Under the pieces are notes generated by a model. It saw only the letters and a program-made list of their open reading frames with translations. It searched no databases and was not told the origin of the DNA. From contig OZ024741.1 in assembly GCA_964016885.1 (NCBI GenBank), positions 261,392,001 through 261,456,000 of the forward strand: a stretch of 64,000 nt of DNA, read 5' to 3'. This DNA comes from Eledone cirrhosa. Its lineage: Eukaryota. Position 1 is the first letter of the stretch. Each line of letters begins with the position of its first letter. The translations under genes and the position numbers were made by a program. Shown here one piece after another: positions 14,516 to 27,392 of this stretch.

Positions 14516-16312
14516 GTTTCGCTTTACGAGTGTTTCGACTTACGAGTCTTTCGACATACGAGTGTTTCAGCTTACGAGTGTTTTGATTTACGAGTGTTTT
14601 GACTTACGGGTGTTTCGACTTACGCGTGTTTCGACTTACGAGTGTTTCGGCTTACGAGTGTTTCGACTTACGAGTGTTTCGGCTTACGAGTGTTTCGGCT
14701 TACGAGTGTTTCCGGCTTACGAGTGTTTCGACTTACGAGTGTTTTGACTTACGGTGTTTCGGCTTACGAGTGATTCGACTTACGAGTGTTTTGACTTACG
14801 GGTGTTTTGACTTACGGGTGTTGTGAATTACGAGTGTTCCGATTTACGAGTGTTTCGGCTTATGAGTGTTTCGACTTACGAGTGTTTCGGCTTACGAGTG
14901 TTTCGACTTATGGGTGTTTCGACTTACGAGTGTTTTTACTTACGGTGTTTCGGCTTACGAGTGTTTCGACATACGAGTGTTTTGACTTACGGGTGTTTCG
15001 ACTTACGGGTGTTTCGACGTAAGAGTGTTTCGACTTACGGGTGTTTTGACATACGAGTGTTTCGATACGAGTGTTTCGACTTACGAGTGTTACGAGTGTT
15101 CTGACTTACGAGTGTTCTGACTTACGAGTGTTCTGACTTACGAGTGTTCTGACTTACGAGCGTTCTGACTTACGAGTGTTCGGACTTACGAGTGTTTCGG
15201 CTTACGAGTGTTTCGACTAACGAGTGTTCTGACTTACGAGTGTTCCGACTTACGAGCGTTCCGACTTACGAGTGTTTCGGCTTACAAGTGTTCCGACTTA
15301 CGAGTGTTTCGACTTACGAGTGTTTTGACTTACGGTGTTTCTGCTTACGAGTGTTTCGACTTACGAGTGTTAAGACTTACGGGTGTTTTGACATACGAGT
15401 GTTTCGATACGAGTGTTTCGACTTACGAGTGTTACGAGTGTTCTGACTTACGAGTGTTTCGACTTACGATTGTTTTTTTCACTTACGGGTGTTTCGACTT
15501 ACGCGTCTTTCGATTTACGAGTGTTTAGACTTACGAGTGTTTCGACTACGAATGTTCCGACTTACGAGTGTTTCGACTTACGAGTGTTTCGACTTACGGG
15601 TGGTCTGACTTACGGGTGTTCTGACTTACCAGTGTTCCGACTTACGAGTGTTTCAGCTTATGAGTGTTTCGACATACGAGTGCTTCGGTTTACGAGTGTT
15701 TCGACTTACGAGTGTTTCGGCTTATGAGTGTTTCCACTTACGAGTGTTTTGACTTATGGTGTTTCGGCTTACGAGTGTTTCGACATACGAGTGTTTTGAC
15801 TTACGGGTGTTTCGACTTACGGGTGTTTCGACGTAAGAGTGTTTCGAATTACGAGCGCTTCGACATACGAGTGTTTCGACTTACGAGTGTTTCGGCGTAC
15901 GAGTGTTTTGACTTACGAGTGTTTCGACTTACGAGTGCTTTGACTTACGAATGTTTTGAATTACTTCGACTTACGAGTGATCTGACTTACGAGTGTTCCT
16001 ACTTACGAGTGTTTCGACTTACGAGTGTTTCGACTTGCGAGTGTTTCGACTTACGAGTGTTTCGACTTACGAGTGTTCTGACTTACGAGTGTTCTGACTT
16101 ACGAGTGTTCTGACTTACGAGTGTTCCGACTTACGAGTGTTTCGACTTACGAGTGTTTTAACTTACGAATGTTCTGACTTACGGGTGTTTCGCCTTACGA
16201 GTGTTTCGACTTACGAGTGTTTTAACTTACGGGTGTTTCGACTTACGAATGTTCCGACTTACGAGTGTTTCTACTTACGAGTGTTTCGGCTTACGAGTGT
16301 TTCGACTTACGA

Positions 16313-16381
16313 AAATAACAAATAGACGCGGTTTCAAATCTCTATGCTTTTCAAATTCATTACATTAATCTTTATTTATAC
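16313..16381. repeat. 69-bp linker, copy 6
   Basis: CTCT variant. Confidence 0.95.
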
Positions 16382-17663
16382 GTTTCGCTTTACGAGTGTT
16401 TCGGCGTACGAGTGTTTCGACTTACGAGTGTTTTAACTTACGGTTGTTTCGACTTACGCGTTTTTCGACTACGAATGTTCCGACTTACGAGTGTTTCGAC
16501 TTACGAGTGTTTCGACTTACGAGTGCTTTGACTTACGAATGTTTTGACTTCGACTTACGAGTGATCTGACTTACGAGGGTTCCTACTTACGAGTGTTTCG
16601 ACTTACGAGTGTTTCGACTTGCGAGTGTTTCGACTTACGAGTGTTTCGGCTTACGAGTGTTTCGGTGTTTCGGCTTACGTGTGTTTCGACTTACGAGTGT
16701 TTCGACTTACGAGTGTTTCGACTTGCGAGTGTTTCGACTTACGAGTGTTTCGGCTTACGAGTGTTTCGGTGTTTCGGCTTACGTGTGTTTCGACTTCCGA
16801 GTGTTTCGACTTACGGGTGTTTTGACTTACGACTGTTTCGGCTTACGAGTGTTTTGACTTACGAGTGTTTTGACTTAAGGGTGTTTCGACTTACGAGTGT
16901 TTTTGGCTTACGAGTGTTTCGACTTACGAGTGTTTTGACTTACGAGTGTTCTGATTTACGGATGTTTCGACATACGAGTGTTTCGACTTACGAGTGTTTC
17001 GACTTATGAGTGTTTCGACTTACGAGTGTTTCGACTTACGAGTGTTCCGACTTACGAGTGTTTTGACTTACGAGTGTTCTGACTTACGAGTGTTCCGACT
17101 TACGAGTGTTCCGACTTACGAGTGTTTCGGCTTACGAGTGTTTCCGGCTTACGAGTGTTTCGACTTACGAGTGTTTTGACTTACGGTGTTTCGGCTTACG
17201 AGTGATTCGACTTACGAATGTTTTGACTTACGGGTGTTTCGGCTTGCGAGTGTTTCGACTTACGAGTGTTTCGGCTTATGAGTGTTTCGACTTAATAATG
17301 TTTTTACTTACGAGTGTTCTGACTTACGAGTGTTCTGATTTACGAGTGTTCCGACTTACGAGTGTTTCGGCTTACGAGTGTTTCGGCTTACGAGTGTTTC
17401 GACTTACGAGTGTTTCGACTTACGAGTGTTCCGACTTACGGGTGTTTCGACTTACGAGTGGTTTGGCTTACGGTGTTTCGGCTTACGAGTGTTTCGAGTT
17501 ACGAGTGTTTTGACTTACGCGTGTTTTGACATACGAGTGTTTCGATACGAGTGTTCTGACTTACGAGTGTTCTGACTTACGAGTGTTCTGACTTACGAGT
17601 GTACCGACTTTACGAGTGTTTCGGCTCACGAGTGTTTCGGCTTACGAGTGTTTCGACTTACGA

Positions 17664-17732
17664 AAATAACAAATAGACGCGGTTTCAACTCTCTATGATT
17701 TTCAAATTCATTACATTAATCTTTATTTATAC
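17664..17732. repeat. 69-bp linker, copy 7
   Basis: CTCT variant with two private changes (CAACTCTCTATGATT). Confidence 0.95.
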
Positions 17733-20700
17733 GTTTCGCTTTACGAGTGTTTCGACTTACGAGTGTTTCGACATACGAGTGTTTCGACTTCCGAATGTTT
17801 TTGCTTACGGGTGTTTCGACTTACGAATGTTTTTGCTTACGAGTGTTTCGGTTTACGAGTGTTCCGACTTACGAGTGTTTCGACTTAAGAGTGTTTCGAC
17901 TTTCGAGTGTTTTGACTTACGGTGTTTCGGCTTACGAGTGATTCGACTTACGAGTGTTTTGACTTACGGGTGTTTTGACTTACGGGTGTTGTGAATTACC
18001 AGTGTTCCGATTTACGAGTGTTTTGACTTACGGTGTTTCGGCTTGCGAGTGTTTCGACTTACGAGTGTTTCGGCTTATGAGTGTTTCGACTTACTAATGT
18101 TTTTACTTACGAGTGTTTCGGCGTTCGAGTGTTTTGACTTACGAGTGTTTCGACTTATGAGTGTTTCGATTTACGTGTGTTCTGACTTACGAGTGTTCTG
18201 ACTTACGAGTGTTCCGACTTACGAGTGTTTCGGTTTACGAGTGTTTCGACATACGAGTGTTTTGACTTACGGGTGTTTCGACTTACGGGTGTTTCGACTT
18301 ACGAGTGTTTCGGCTTACGAGTGTTTTGACTTACTAATGTTTTTACTTACGAGTGTTTCGGTGTACGAATGTTTTGACTTAAGGATGTTTCGACTTACGA
18401 GTGTTTCGACTTACGAGTGTTTCGGCTTACGTGAGTTTCGACTTAAGAGTGTTCTGATTTACGAGTGTTCTGACTTGCGGGTGTTCTGATTTACGAGTGT
18501 TCCGACTTACGAGTGTTTCGGCTTATGAGTGTTCTGACTTACGAGTGTTCTGACTTACGAGTGTTCTGACTTACGAGTGTTCTGGCTTACGAATGTTTTG
18601 ACTTACGGGTGTTTCGGCTTACGAGTGTTTCGACTTACGAGTGTTTCGGCTTACGAGTGTTTCGACTTACTAATGTTTTTACTTACGAGTGTTTCGGCGT
18701 ACGAGTGTTTCGACTTACGAGTGTTTCGACTTACGGGTGTTTTGACTTACGGATGTTTCGGCTTACGAGTGTTTCGACTTACGAGTGTTTTGACTTACGA
18801 GTGTTCTGATTTACGGATGTTTCGACATACGAGTGTTTCGACTTACGAGTGTTTCGACTTATGAGTGTTTCGACTTACGAGTGTTTCGGCTTACGAGTGT
18901 TTCGACTTACGAGTGTTTTGACTTACGGTGTTTCGGCTTACGAGTGTTTGGACTTACGGGTGTTTTGACATACAAGTGTTTCGATACGAGTGTTCTGACT
19001 TACGAGTGTTCTGACTTACGAGTGTTTTGACTTACGAGTGTTCTGACTTACGAGTGTTCCGACTTACGAGTGTTCCGACTTACGAGTGTTTCGGCTTACG
19101 AGTGTTTCCGGCTTACGAGTGTTTCGACTTCCGAGTGTTTTGACTTACGGTGTTTCGGCTTACGAGTGATTCGACTTACGAATGTTTTGACTTATGTGTG
19201 TTTCGGCTTGCGAGTGTTTCGACTTACGAGTGTTTCGGCTTATGGGTGTTTCGACTTACTAATGTTTTTACTTACGAGTGTTTCGGCGTACGAGTGTTTT
19301 GACTTACGAGTCTTTCGACTTACGAGTGTTTCGACTTACGAGTGTTTCGGCTTACGTGAGTTTCGACTTAAGAGTGTTCTGATTTACGAGTGTTCTGACT
19401 TGCGGGTGTTCTGATTTACGAGTGTTCCGACTTACGAGTGTTTCGGCTTATGAGTGTTTCAACTTACGAGTGTTTCGGCTTACGAGTGTTTCGACTTATG
19501 GGTGTTTCGACTTACGAGTGTTTTTACTTACGGTGTTTCGGCTTACGAGTGTTTCGACATACGAGTATTTTGATTTACGGGTGTTTCGACTTACGAGTGT
19601 TTTGACTTACGTTTCGGCTTACGAGTGTTTCGACTTACTAATGTTCTTACTTACGAGTGTTTCGGCGTACGAGAGTTTTGACTTACGAGTGTTTCGACTT
19701 ACGAGTGTTTCGACTTACGAGTGTTTTGACTTACGAATGTTTTGACTTACGGGTGTTTCGGCTTACGAGTGTTTCGACTTACGAGTCTTTCGGCTTACGA
19801 GTGTTTCGACTTACTAATGTTTTTACTTACGAGTGTTTCGGCGTACGAGTGTTTCGACTTACGGGTGTTTTGACTTACGGGTGTTTCGGCTTACGAGTGT
19901 TTTGACTTACGAGTGTTTTGACTTAAGGGTGTTTCGACTTACGAGTATTTTTGGCTTACGAGTGTTTCGACTTACGAGTGTTTTGACTTACGAGTGTTCT
20001 GATTTACGGATGTTTCGACATACGAGTGTTTCGACTTACGAGTGTTTCGACTTACGAGTGTTTCGGCTTATGAGTGTTTCGACTTACGAGTGTTTTGACT
20101 TACGGTGTTTCCGCTTACGAGTGTTTCGACTTACGAGTGTTTTGACTTACGGGTGTTTTGACATACGAGTGTTTCGATACGAGTGTTCTGACTTACGAGT
20201 GTTCTGACTTACGAGTGTTTTGACTTACGAGTGTTCTGACTTACGAGTGTTCCGACTTACGAGTGTTCCGACTTACGAGTGTTTCGGCTTACGAGTGTTT
20301 CAGGCTTACGAGTGTTTCGACTTAGGAGTGTTTTGACTTACGGTGTTTCGGCTTACGAGTGATTCGACTTACGAGTGTTTTGACTTACGGGTGTTTTGAC
20401 TTACGGGTGTTGTGAATTACGAGTGTTCCGATTTACGAGTGTTTTGACTTACGGTGTTTCGGCTTACGAGTGATTCGACTTACGAATGTTTTGACTTACG
20501 GGTGTTTCGGCTTGCGAGTGTTTCGACTTACGAGTGTTTCGGCTTATGAGTGTTTCGACTTACTAATGTTTTTACTTACGAGTGTTTTGACTTACGAGTG
20601 TTTCGATTTACGAGTGTTTCGGCTTGCGAGTGTTTCGACTTACTAATGTTTTTACTTACGAGTGTTTCGGCGTACGAGTGTTTCGACTTACGAGTGTTTC

Positions 20701-21454
20701 GACTTACGGGTGTTTTGACTTACGGGTGTTTCGGCTTACGAGTGTTTCGACTTACGAGTGTTTTGACTTAAGGGTGTTTCGACTTACGAGTGTTTCGACT
20801 TACGAGTGTTTCGGCTTACGAGTGTTTTGACTTAAGGATGTTTCGACTTACGAGTGTTTCGATACGAGTGTTTCGACTTACGAGTGTTCTGACTTACGAG
20901 TGTTCTGATTTACGGATGTTTCGACATACGAGTGTTTCGACTTACGAGTGTTTCGACTTACGAGTGTTTTGACTTACGGGTGTTTTGACATACGAGTGTT
21001 TCGATACGAGTGTTTCGACTTACGAATGTTCTAACTTACGAGTGTTCTGACTTACGAGTGTTCTGACTTACGAGTGTTCTGACTTACGAGTGTTCCGACT
21101 TACGAGTGTTCCGACTTACGAGTGTTTCGGCTTACGAGTGTTTCGGCTTACGAGTGTTTCGACTTACGAGTGTTTCGACTTACGGGTGTTTCGACTTACG
21201 AGTGTTTTGGCTTACGGTGTTTCGGCTTACGAGTTTTTCGAGTTACGAGTGTTTTGACTTACGCGTGTTTTGACATACGAGTGTTTCGATACGAGTGTTC
21301 TGACTTACGAGTGTTCTGACTTACGAGTGTTCTGACTTACGAGTGTTCTGACTTACGAGTGTTCTGACTTACGAGTGTTCCGACTTTACGAGTGTTTCGG
21401 CTCACGAGTGTTTTGGCTTACGGTGTTTCGGCTTACGAGTGTTTCGACTTACGA

Positions 21455-21523
21455 AAATAACAAATAGACGCGGTTTCAAATCTCTATGCTTTTCAAATTC
21501 ATTACATTAATCTTTATTTATAC
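21455..21523. repeat. 69-bp linker, copy 8
   Basis: CTCT variant. Confidence 0.95.
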
Positions 21524-22568
21524 GTTTCGCTTTACGAGTGTTTCGACTTACGAGTCTTTCGACATACGAGTGTTTCAGCTTACGAGTGTTTTGATTTACG
21601 AGTGTTTTGACTTACGGGTGTTTCGACTTACGCGTGTTTCGACTTACGAGTGTTTCGGCTTACGAGTGTTTCGACTTACGAGTGTTCTGACTACGAGTGT
21701 TCTGACTTACGGGTGTTCTGACTTACGAGTGTTCCGACTTACGAGTGTTTCGGCTTACGAGTGTTTCGACTTACGAGTGCTTCGACTTACGGGTGTTTTG
21801 ACATACGAGTGTTTCGATACGAGTGTTCTGACTTACGAGTGGTCTGACTTACGGGTGTTCTGACTTACGAGTGTTCCGACTTACGAGTGTTTCAGCTTAT
21901 GAGTGTTTCGACTTACGAGTGCTTCGGTTTACGAGTGTTTCGACTTACGAGTGTTTCGGCTTACGAGTGTTTCGACTTACGAATGTTTTGGCTTACGGGT
22001 GTTTCGGCTTACGAATGTTTCGGCTTATGAGTGTTTCGACATATGAGTGTTTTGACTTACGGGTGTTTCGACTTACGGGTGTTTCGACGTAAGAGTGTTT
22101 CGACTTACGAGCGCTTCGACTTACGAGTGTTTCGACTTACGAGTGTTTCGGCGTACGAGTGTTTTGACTTACGAGTGTTTCGACTTACGAGTGTTTCGAC
22201 TTACGAGCGCTTTGACTTACGAATGTTTTGAATTACTTCGACTTACGAGTGATCTGACTTACGAGTGTTCCTAATTACGAGTGTTTCGACTTACGAGTGT
22301 TCTGACTTACGAGTGTTCTGACTTACGAGTGTTCCAACTTACGAGTGTTTCGACTTACGAGTGTTTTGACTTACGAATGTTCTGACTTGCGGGTGTTTCG
22401 CCTTACGAGTGTTTCGACATACGAGTGTTTTAACTTACGGGTGTTTCGACTTACGCGTATTTCGACTTACGAGTGTTTCGACTAACGAGTGTTTCGACTT
22501 ACGAATGTTCCGACTTACGAGTGTTTCTACTTACGAGTGTTTCGGCTTACGAGTGTTTCGACTTACGA

Positions 22569-22637
22569 AAATAACAAATAGACGCGGTTTCAAATATCTA
22601 TGCTTTTCAAATTCATTACATTAATCTTTATTTATAC
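22569..22637. repeat. 69-bp linker, copy 9
   Basis: First ATATCT variant. Confidence 0.95.
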
Positions 22638-23155
22638 GTTTCGCTTTACGAGTGTTTCGGCGTACGAGTGTTTCGACTTACGAGTGTTTTAACTTACGGT
22701 TGTTTCGACTTACGCGTGTTTCGACTACGAATGTTCCGACTTACGAGTGTTTCGACTTACGAGTGTTTCCACTTACGAGTGCTTTGACTTACGAATGTTT
22801 TGACTTACTTCGACTTACGAGTGTTCCGACTTACGAGTGTTTCGGCTTATGAGGGTTTCGACTTACGAGTGCTTCGGTTTACGAGTGTTTCGACCTACAA
22901 GTGTTCTGACTTACGAGTGTTTCGACTTACGAATGTTTTGGCTTACGAGTGTTTCGACTTACGAGTGTTTCGAATTACGAGTGTTTCGACTTACGAGTGT
23001 TTTGACTTACGGTGTTTCGGCTTACGAGTGTTTCGACTTAAGAGTGTTTTAACTTACGGGTGTTTCGACTTACGCGTGTTTCGACTTACGAATGTTCCGA
23101 CTTACGAGTGTTTCGACATACGAGTGTTTCGGCTTACGAGTGTTTCGACTTACGA

Positions 23156-23224
23156 AAATAACAAGTAGACGCGGTTTCAAATATCTATGCTTTTCAAATT
23201 CATTACATTAATCTTTATTTATAC
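23156..23224. repeat. 69-bp linker, copy 10
   Basis: ATATCT plus CAAGT. Confidence 0.95.
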
Positions 23225-25574
23225 GTTTCGCTTTACGAGTGTTTCGGCGTACGAGTGTTTCGACTTACGAGTGTTTTGACTTACGTGTGTTTCGGCTTAC
23301 GAGTGTTTTGACTTACGAGTGTTTTGACTTACGGGTGTTTCGGCTTACGAGTGTTTCGACTTACGAGTGTTCTGACTTACGAGCGTTCCGACTTATGAGT
23401 GTTTCGACTTACGAGTGTTCCGACTTTCGAGTGTTTCGACTTACGAGTGTTTTGACTTACGGTGTTTCTGCTTACGAGTGTTTCGACTTACGAGTGTTAT
23501 GACTTACGGGTGTTTTGACATACGAGTGTTTCGATACGAGTGTTTCGACTTACGAGTGTTACGAGTGTTCTGACCTACGAGTGTTTCGACTTACGAGTGT
23601 TTTGACTTACGGGTGTTTCGACTTACGAGTGTTTCGACTTACGAGTGTTTCGACTTACGAGTGCTTTGACTTACGAATGTTTTGACTTACTTCGACTTTC
23701 GAGTGTTCCTACTTACGAGTGTTTCGACTTACGGGTGTTTCGACTTGCGAGTGTTTCGACTTACGTGTGTTTCGACTTACGAGTGTTACGAGTGTTCTGA
23801 CTTATGAGTGTTTCGACTTACGAGTGTTCTGACCTACGAGTGTTTCGGCTTACGTGTGTTTCGACTTACGAGTGTTTCGACTTACGAGTGTTTCGGCTTA
23901 TGAGTGTTTCGACTTACGAGTGCTTCGGCTTACGAGTGTTTCGACTTACGAGTGTTTCGGCTTACGAGTGTTTCGACGTACGAATGTTTTGGCTTACGAG
24001 TGTTTCGACTTACGAGTGTTCTGACTTACGAGTGTTCCGACTTACGAGCGTTCCGACTTACGAGTGTTTCGACTTACGAGTGTTACGAGTGTTCTGACTT
24101 ACGAGTGTTCTGACATACGAGTGTTCTGACTTACGAGCGTTCTGACTTACGAGTGTTCCGACTTACGAGTGTTTCGGCTTACGAGTGTTTCGACTTACGA
24201 GTGTTCTGACTTACGAGTGTTCCGACTTACGAGCGTTCCGACTTACGAGTGTTTCGGCTTACAAGTGTTCCGTCTTACGAGTGTTTCGACTTACGAGTGT
24301 TTCGACTTACGAGTGTTTTGACTTACGAGTGTTTCGACTTACGAGTGTTAAGACTTACGGGTGTTTTGACATACGAGTGTTTCGATACGAGTGTTTCGAC
24401 TTATGAGTGTTACGAGTGTTCTGACTTACGGGTGTTTCGACTTAAGAGTGTTTCGACTTACGAGTGTTTCGAGTTACGAGTGTTTCGACTTACGAGTCTT
24501 TTGACTTACGAATGTTCTGACTTACGGGTGTTTCGGCTTACGAGTGTTTCGACTTACGAGTGTTTTAACTTACGGGTGTTTCGACTTACGAGTGTTTCGG
24601 CTTACGATTGTTTTGACTTACGATTGTTTCGACTACGAATGTTCCGACTTACGAGTGTTTCGACTTACGAGTGTTTTGACTTACGAGTATTCTAACTTAC
24701 GGGTGTTCCGACTTACGAGTGTTTCGGCTTACGATTGTTTTGACTTACGATTGTTTGGCTTACGAATGTTTCGACTTACGAGTGTTTCGACTTACGAGTG
24801 TTTTGACTTACGGTGATTCGGCTTACGAGTGTTTCGACTTACGAGTGTTTTGACTTACGGGTGTTTTGACATACGAGTGTTTCGATACGAGTGTTCTGAC
24901 TTACGAGTGTTCTGACTTACGAGTGTTCTGACTTACGGGTGTTCTGACTTACGAGTGTTCCGACTTACGAGTGTTTCGACTTACGAGTGTTATGACTTAC
25001 GGGTGTTTTGACATACGAGTGTTTCGATACGAGTGTTTCGACTTACGAGTGTTTTGACTTACGGGTGTTTTGACATACGAGTGTTTCGATACGAGTGTTC
25101 TGACTTACGAGTGTTTTGACTTACGAGTGTTCTGACTTACGAGTGTTCTGACTTACGAGTGTTCTGACTTACGAGTGTTCCGACTTACGAGTGATCTGAT
25201 TTACGAGTGTTCCTACTTACGAGTGTTTCGACTTACGAGTGTTTCGACTTGCGAGTGTTTCGACTTACGAGTGTTTCGACTTACGAGCGTTCTGACTTAC
25301 GAGTGTTCTGACTTACGAGTGTTCTGACTTACGAGTGTTCCGACTTACGAGTGTTTCGACTTACGAGTGTTTAAACTTACGAATGTTCTGACTTATGGGT
25401 GTTTCGCCTTACGAGTGTTTCGACTTACGAGTGTTTTAACTTACGGGTGTTTCGACTTACGCGTGTTTCGACTTACGAGTGTTTCGACTTACGAGTGTTT
25501 CGACTTACGAATGTTCCGACTTACGAGTATTTCTACTTACGAGTGTTTCGGCTTACGAGTGTTTCGACTTACGA

Positions 25575-25643
25575 AAATAACAAATAGACGCGGTTTCAAA
25601 TATCTATGCTTTTCAAATTCGTTACATTAATCTTTATTTATAC
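25575..25643. repeat. 69-bp linker, copy 11
   Basis: ATATCT plus TTCGTT. Confidence 0.95.
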
Positions 25644-25921
25644 GTTTCGCTTTACGAGTGTTTCGGCGTACGAGTGTTTCGACTTACGAGTGTTTTAACT
25701 TACGGTTGTTTCGACTTACGCGTGTTTCGACTACGAATGTTCCGACTTACGAGTGTTTCGACTTACGAGTGTTTCGACTTACGAGTGTTTCGACTTACGA
25801 GTGTTTCGGCTTACGAGTGTTTCAGTGTTTCGGCTTACGTGTATTTTGACTTACGAGTGTTTCGACTTACGAGTGTTTCGGCTTACGAGTGTTTCGGCTT
25901 ACGAGTGTTTCGGCTTATATA

Positions 25922-26000
25922 TAAACGTTTCTATTTCCATCGTTTTATCGTAAACGTTTATATATTTCCATCGTTATATCATAACGTTTATATTTCCGTC
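25922..26000 (+). repeat. ~30-bp minisatellite, about 2.6 copies, at the left end of the insert
   Basis: TAAACGTTTCTATTTCCATCGTTTTATCG / TAAACGTTTATATATTTCCATCGTTATATCA / TAACGTTTATATTTCCGTC. Also present in insert copies 2 and 3. Confidence 0.9.
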
Positions 26001-26177
26001 ACTAATCTCTTTTTCTCCTTTTCCGTTTTAACATATATTTATTTCAAAGATTTCACCGTATAGATAACATATATATTTATACATGCATAAAAGACACACC
26101 GAGAGACGGTGAAAATGTGGTGCCAAAAACATTTCTCATCCAAATCTCAACAATATCCGTATATACACTAGATTTGC

Positions 26178-26212
26178 TAGCAGAAAACCGCCCACCGGGT
26201 GGTTTTCTGCTA
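26178..26212. other. Inverted repeat/hairpin, 16-bp stem and 3-nt loop
   Basis: TAGCAGAAAACCGCCC-ACC-GGGTGGTTTTCTGCTA: 15 Watson-Crick pairs plus one G:T. Confidence 0.95.
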
Positions 26213-26228
26213 TTCTATATATATAAAA

Positions 26229-26621
26229 CTGAGGATGTCTGTCTGTGTGTGAGTTTGAATCCCTAAAACTCGAGAACCACCCAACCGACTGTTTTCAAAC
26301 TTTACACATGTAATACTTATGTTTCAGGGAGTGTTAGAGCAAAAAATATTTCAAATTTTCAATGCCGTAGGGACCACATTAGGCGATTTAGCGATCTCTC
26401 TCTATAATTCTTAGTCTTTCTCTTTTTAGATAGATACATACATATAACGTCGTGCCCTTATAATATCTGTCTGTATGTCTGGCTGTCTGCATTACGTCAC
26501 TTCCCTGAGGATGTCTGTGTGTGTGTGTGTGTCTGTGAGTTTGAATCCCTAAAATGCGTGAAGTACCCAACCGATTTTTTTCAAACTTTACATGTGTATT
26601 ACTTATGTTTCAGGGAGTGTT
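26229..26621 (+). repeat. Diverged direct repeat inside the insert (26229-26335 and 26505-26621)
   Basis: Both copies read CTGAGGATGTCTGT..GTGAGTTTGAATCCCTAAAA..ACCCAACCGA..TTTTCAAACTTTACA..TACTTATGTTTCAGGGAGTGTT. Confidence 0.93.
26517..26532 (+). repeat. (GT)8 microsatellite
   Basis: Read directly. A second copy lies at 43716-43731. Confidence 0.9.
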
Positions 26622-27323
26622 TGTTATGCACATAAAATTCAACCTTTTGATCTGGTGTTTTGACTTACGAGTGTTTCGATACGAGTGTTTCGACTTACGA
26701 GTGTTCTGACTTACGAGTGTTCTGACTTACGAGCGTTCTGACTTACGAGTGTTCCGACTTACGAGTGTTTCGGCTTACGAGTGTTTCGACTTACGAGTGT
26801 TTCGGCTTACGAGTGTTTCGACTTACGAGTGTTCTGACTTACGAGTGTTTCGACTTACGTGCGTTCCGACTTACGAGTGTTTCGGCTTACGAGTGTTCCG
26901 ACTTACGAGTGTTCTGACTTACGAGTGTTCTGACTTACGAGTGTTCTGACTTACGAGTGTTCTGACTTACGGGTGTTCTGACTTACGAGTGTTCCGACTT
27001 ACGAGTGTTTCGGCTTATGAGGGTTTCGACTAACGAGTGCTTCGGTTTACGAGTGTTTCGACCTACGAGTGTTTCGGCTTACGAGTGTTTCGACTTACGA
27101 ATGTTTTGGCTTACGAGTGTTTCGGCTTACGAGTGTTTCGAATTACGAGTGTTTCGACTTACGAGTGTTTTGACTTACGGTGTTTCGGATTACGAGTGTT
27201 TCGACTTAAGAGTGGTTTAACTTACGGGTGTTTCGACTTACGCGTGTTTCGACTTACGAATGTTCCGACTTACGAGTGTTTCGACATACGAGTGTTTCGG
27301 CTTACGAGTGTTTCGACTTACGA

Positions 27324-27392
27324 AAATAACAAGTAGACGCGGTTTCAAATATCTATGCTTTTCACATTCATTACATTAATCTTTATTTATAC
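27324..27392. repeat. 69-bp linker, copy 12
   Basis: ATATCT plus CAAGT plus TTCACATTC. Confidence 0.95.

Larger units (their letters stand above)
9310..17030 (+). repeat. Block duplication ~9310-11230 / ~15110-17030 (offset 5801)
   Basis: ORF-track pairs 9391/15192, 9863/15664 and 10792/16593. Confidence 0.85.
1..25917 (+). repeat. 16-bp satellite array, segment 1 (consensus ACTTACGAGTGTTTCG)
   Basis: Continuous head-to-tail monomers. Common variants are TTTCGG, TTTTGA, TTCTGA, TTCCGA, ACGGGT, ACGAAT, ATGAGT and 14-bp deletion forms. Only the 69-bp linkers interrupt it. Confidence 0.99.
25918..26654. mobile_element. ~737-bp non-satellite insert, copy 1; putative non-autonomous Helitron/Helentron-like terminal sequence
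   Basis: AT-rich sequence with a 35-nt hairpin (26178-26212), CTAG at 26168 and 26177, TCTATATATATAAAA at 26214, GTCT/GT microsatellites and a duplicated box containing CTAAAACTCGAGAAC..AACCGA. No TIR, TSD or credible ORF. The insert is directly visible; the family call rests on motif resemblance only. Confidence 0.65.

Noticed and set aside
26178-26212. Rho-independent terminator
   Set aside because: There is no upstream gene and no U-tract beyond the stem, and the context is satellite/transposon-like.
26388-26570. 60-aa minus-strand ORF (also 43587-43769)
   Set aside because: It is short, starts at a non-ATG codon, and runs through (CA)n and AG-rich simple sequence giving HTHTH and RERLR.
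25918-26654. MITE, LTR or SINE identity for the insert
   Set aside because: No terminal inverted repeats, target-site duplication, TG..CA ends, clear A/B boxes or poly(A) tail were seen.
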